From: Dendrobates tinctorius
Taxonomy: Eukaryota
DNA: 64,000 bases
Direction: 5' to 3'
Assembly: GCF_039654945.1 (NCBI RefSeq)
Contig: NW_027361677.1
Coordinates: forward strand, 5,394,001-5,458,000
Shown one piece after another: positions 63,601-64,000 of the stretch (its first letter is position 1; each line of letters starts with the position of its first letter). The translations under genes and the position numbers were made by a program. Below the pieces are notes generated by a model. It saw only the letters and a list, made by a program, of their open reading frames with translations. It was not told the DNA's origin and searched no databases.

Positions 63601-63987
63601 GCTTGCCTTGCAATGATGGTGGCCTTCCATTATTAGCTCCATATCTTCATTTTAGGTCTATGTAAATGCTTTCATGCCCCCCACCCACCAAAACAAAAAG
63701 TATTGACTAACCAGAAAAATTATGTCTATTTGTAAGGTTTCAGGGCATAGAGGCTCCTTCATCAGGCAAGTTTACACATTAATGACTGAGACATTACTTT
63801 AGGCCTATATTTGGTTAAATACTAAGACGAGATCCCCTTTTAAGCTCATATTTGAACATATGATGTCCAGCTCTGTGGAATATGACATGTACTTGTAGAA
63901 ATATGTAGCATGATTATTGCGCATACTTGTAGTTACCTCTCGTAGGATTTCCTGATGGGACGCCTCGTTATCATTCTGAAGGATATC
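54616..63987 (-). CDS. CETP: Cholesteryl ester transfer protein, last seven coding exons: 63987-63937, 62398-62246, 61395-61328, 60734-60692, 57659-57590, 55776-55691, 54690-54616
   Basis: Spliced C-terminus ...VTAVQASYGDKKL...[71 protein letters not shown] parallels recalled human ...[53 protein letters not shown]; all GT-AG, phases compatible; AATAAA at 54546-54551 (-). Confidence 0.95.
56895..57503. repeat. ~67-bp minisatellite, about 9 copies, possibly within an LTR-like element starting TGTCACGG at 56522
   Basis: CCTGGTATTTGACCC..ACTGTTACCTGACCA.GC.TTTGTATCACCCCTCTGT repeated every ~67 bp. Confidence 0.93.
58980..59023 (-). ncRNA. Minimal hammerhead ribozyme with one core substitution
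   Basis: TTTGCA CTGACAA GGGG CAACA CCCT GAAAC ATGT GTC TGCAAA. Confidence 0.7.
59074..59259. mobile_element. hAT MITE
   Basis: TIRs CAGAGTTCCCCAACTCCAGTCCTCAAG / CTTGAGGACTGGAGTTGGGGAACACTG; perfect TSD GTCTAAGG. Confidence 0.93.
59541..59583 (+). ncRNA. Degenerate minimal hammerhead ribozyme
   Basis: TTTGCA CCGACGA GAAG CAACA TCTC GAAAC ACT GTT TGCAAA. Confidence 0.55.
59618..60311. mobile_element. Solo LTR
   Basis: TGTCATGA...TTGTGACA termini; 5-bp TSD GTCAT; host repeat resumes across it. Confidence 0.88.
61929..62170 (-). mobile_element. Miniature DIRS derivative made only of the two termini
   Basis: Arms CATTGGGGGACACAGGACCTTGGGTAAGCTG...TCTCTGCGC (61979-62053) and the reverse complement (62082-62156), with DIRS-type asymmetric outer ends. 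Confidence 0.85.
63296..63504. mobile_element. Harbinger-type MITE
   Basis: GGCTAGTTTCACA ... GTGTGAAACTGGCC with TAA/TTA flanks. Confidence 0.65.
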
Positions 63988-64000
63988 CTGAATACAAAAA

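Overview
Eukaryotic, transposon-dense vertebrate DNA, most likely an anuran (frog), inferred from the gene sequences and repeat types. Host genes reconstructed from splice sites and conceptual translation: RSPRY1 (-, first four coding exons, 17.6-21.1 kb) and PSME3IP1/FAM192A (+, complete CDS, with a U12-type AT-AC intron), head-to-head on a shared promoter at about 30.3-30.8 kb; a single-coding-exon GlcNAc-6-O-sulfotransferase (CHST4/5/6 family, -); and the last seven exons of CETP (-). About 40% of the window is DIRS-type tyrosine-recombinase retrotransposons: four full-length but mutated copies, one running off the left edge, one internally deleted copy and one ~240-bp ends-only copy. Several are nested in hAT elements. 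There are also solo LTRs, a Tc1 remnant, many MITEs and minisatellites. The most interesting signal is a ~310-330-bp non-coding repeat family at 50.4-51.0 kb and 58.7-60.4 kb. Its four copies reconstruct an intact minimal hammerhead ribozyme, its monomer carries an octamer + Staf-like (snRNA DSE-like) element, and it is arranged as tandem units that flip into an inverted copy, resembling a retrozyme or newt satellite 2. All homology calls are from recalled protein sequences and were not confirmed by a database search.
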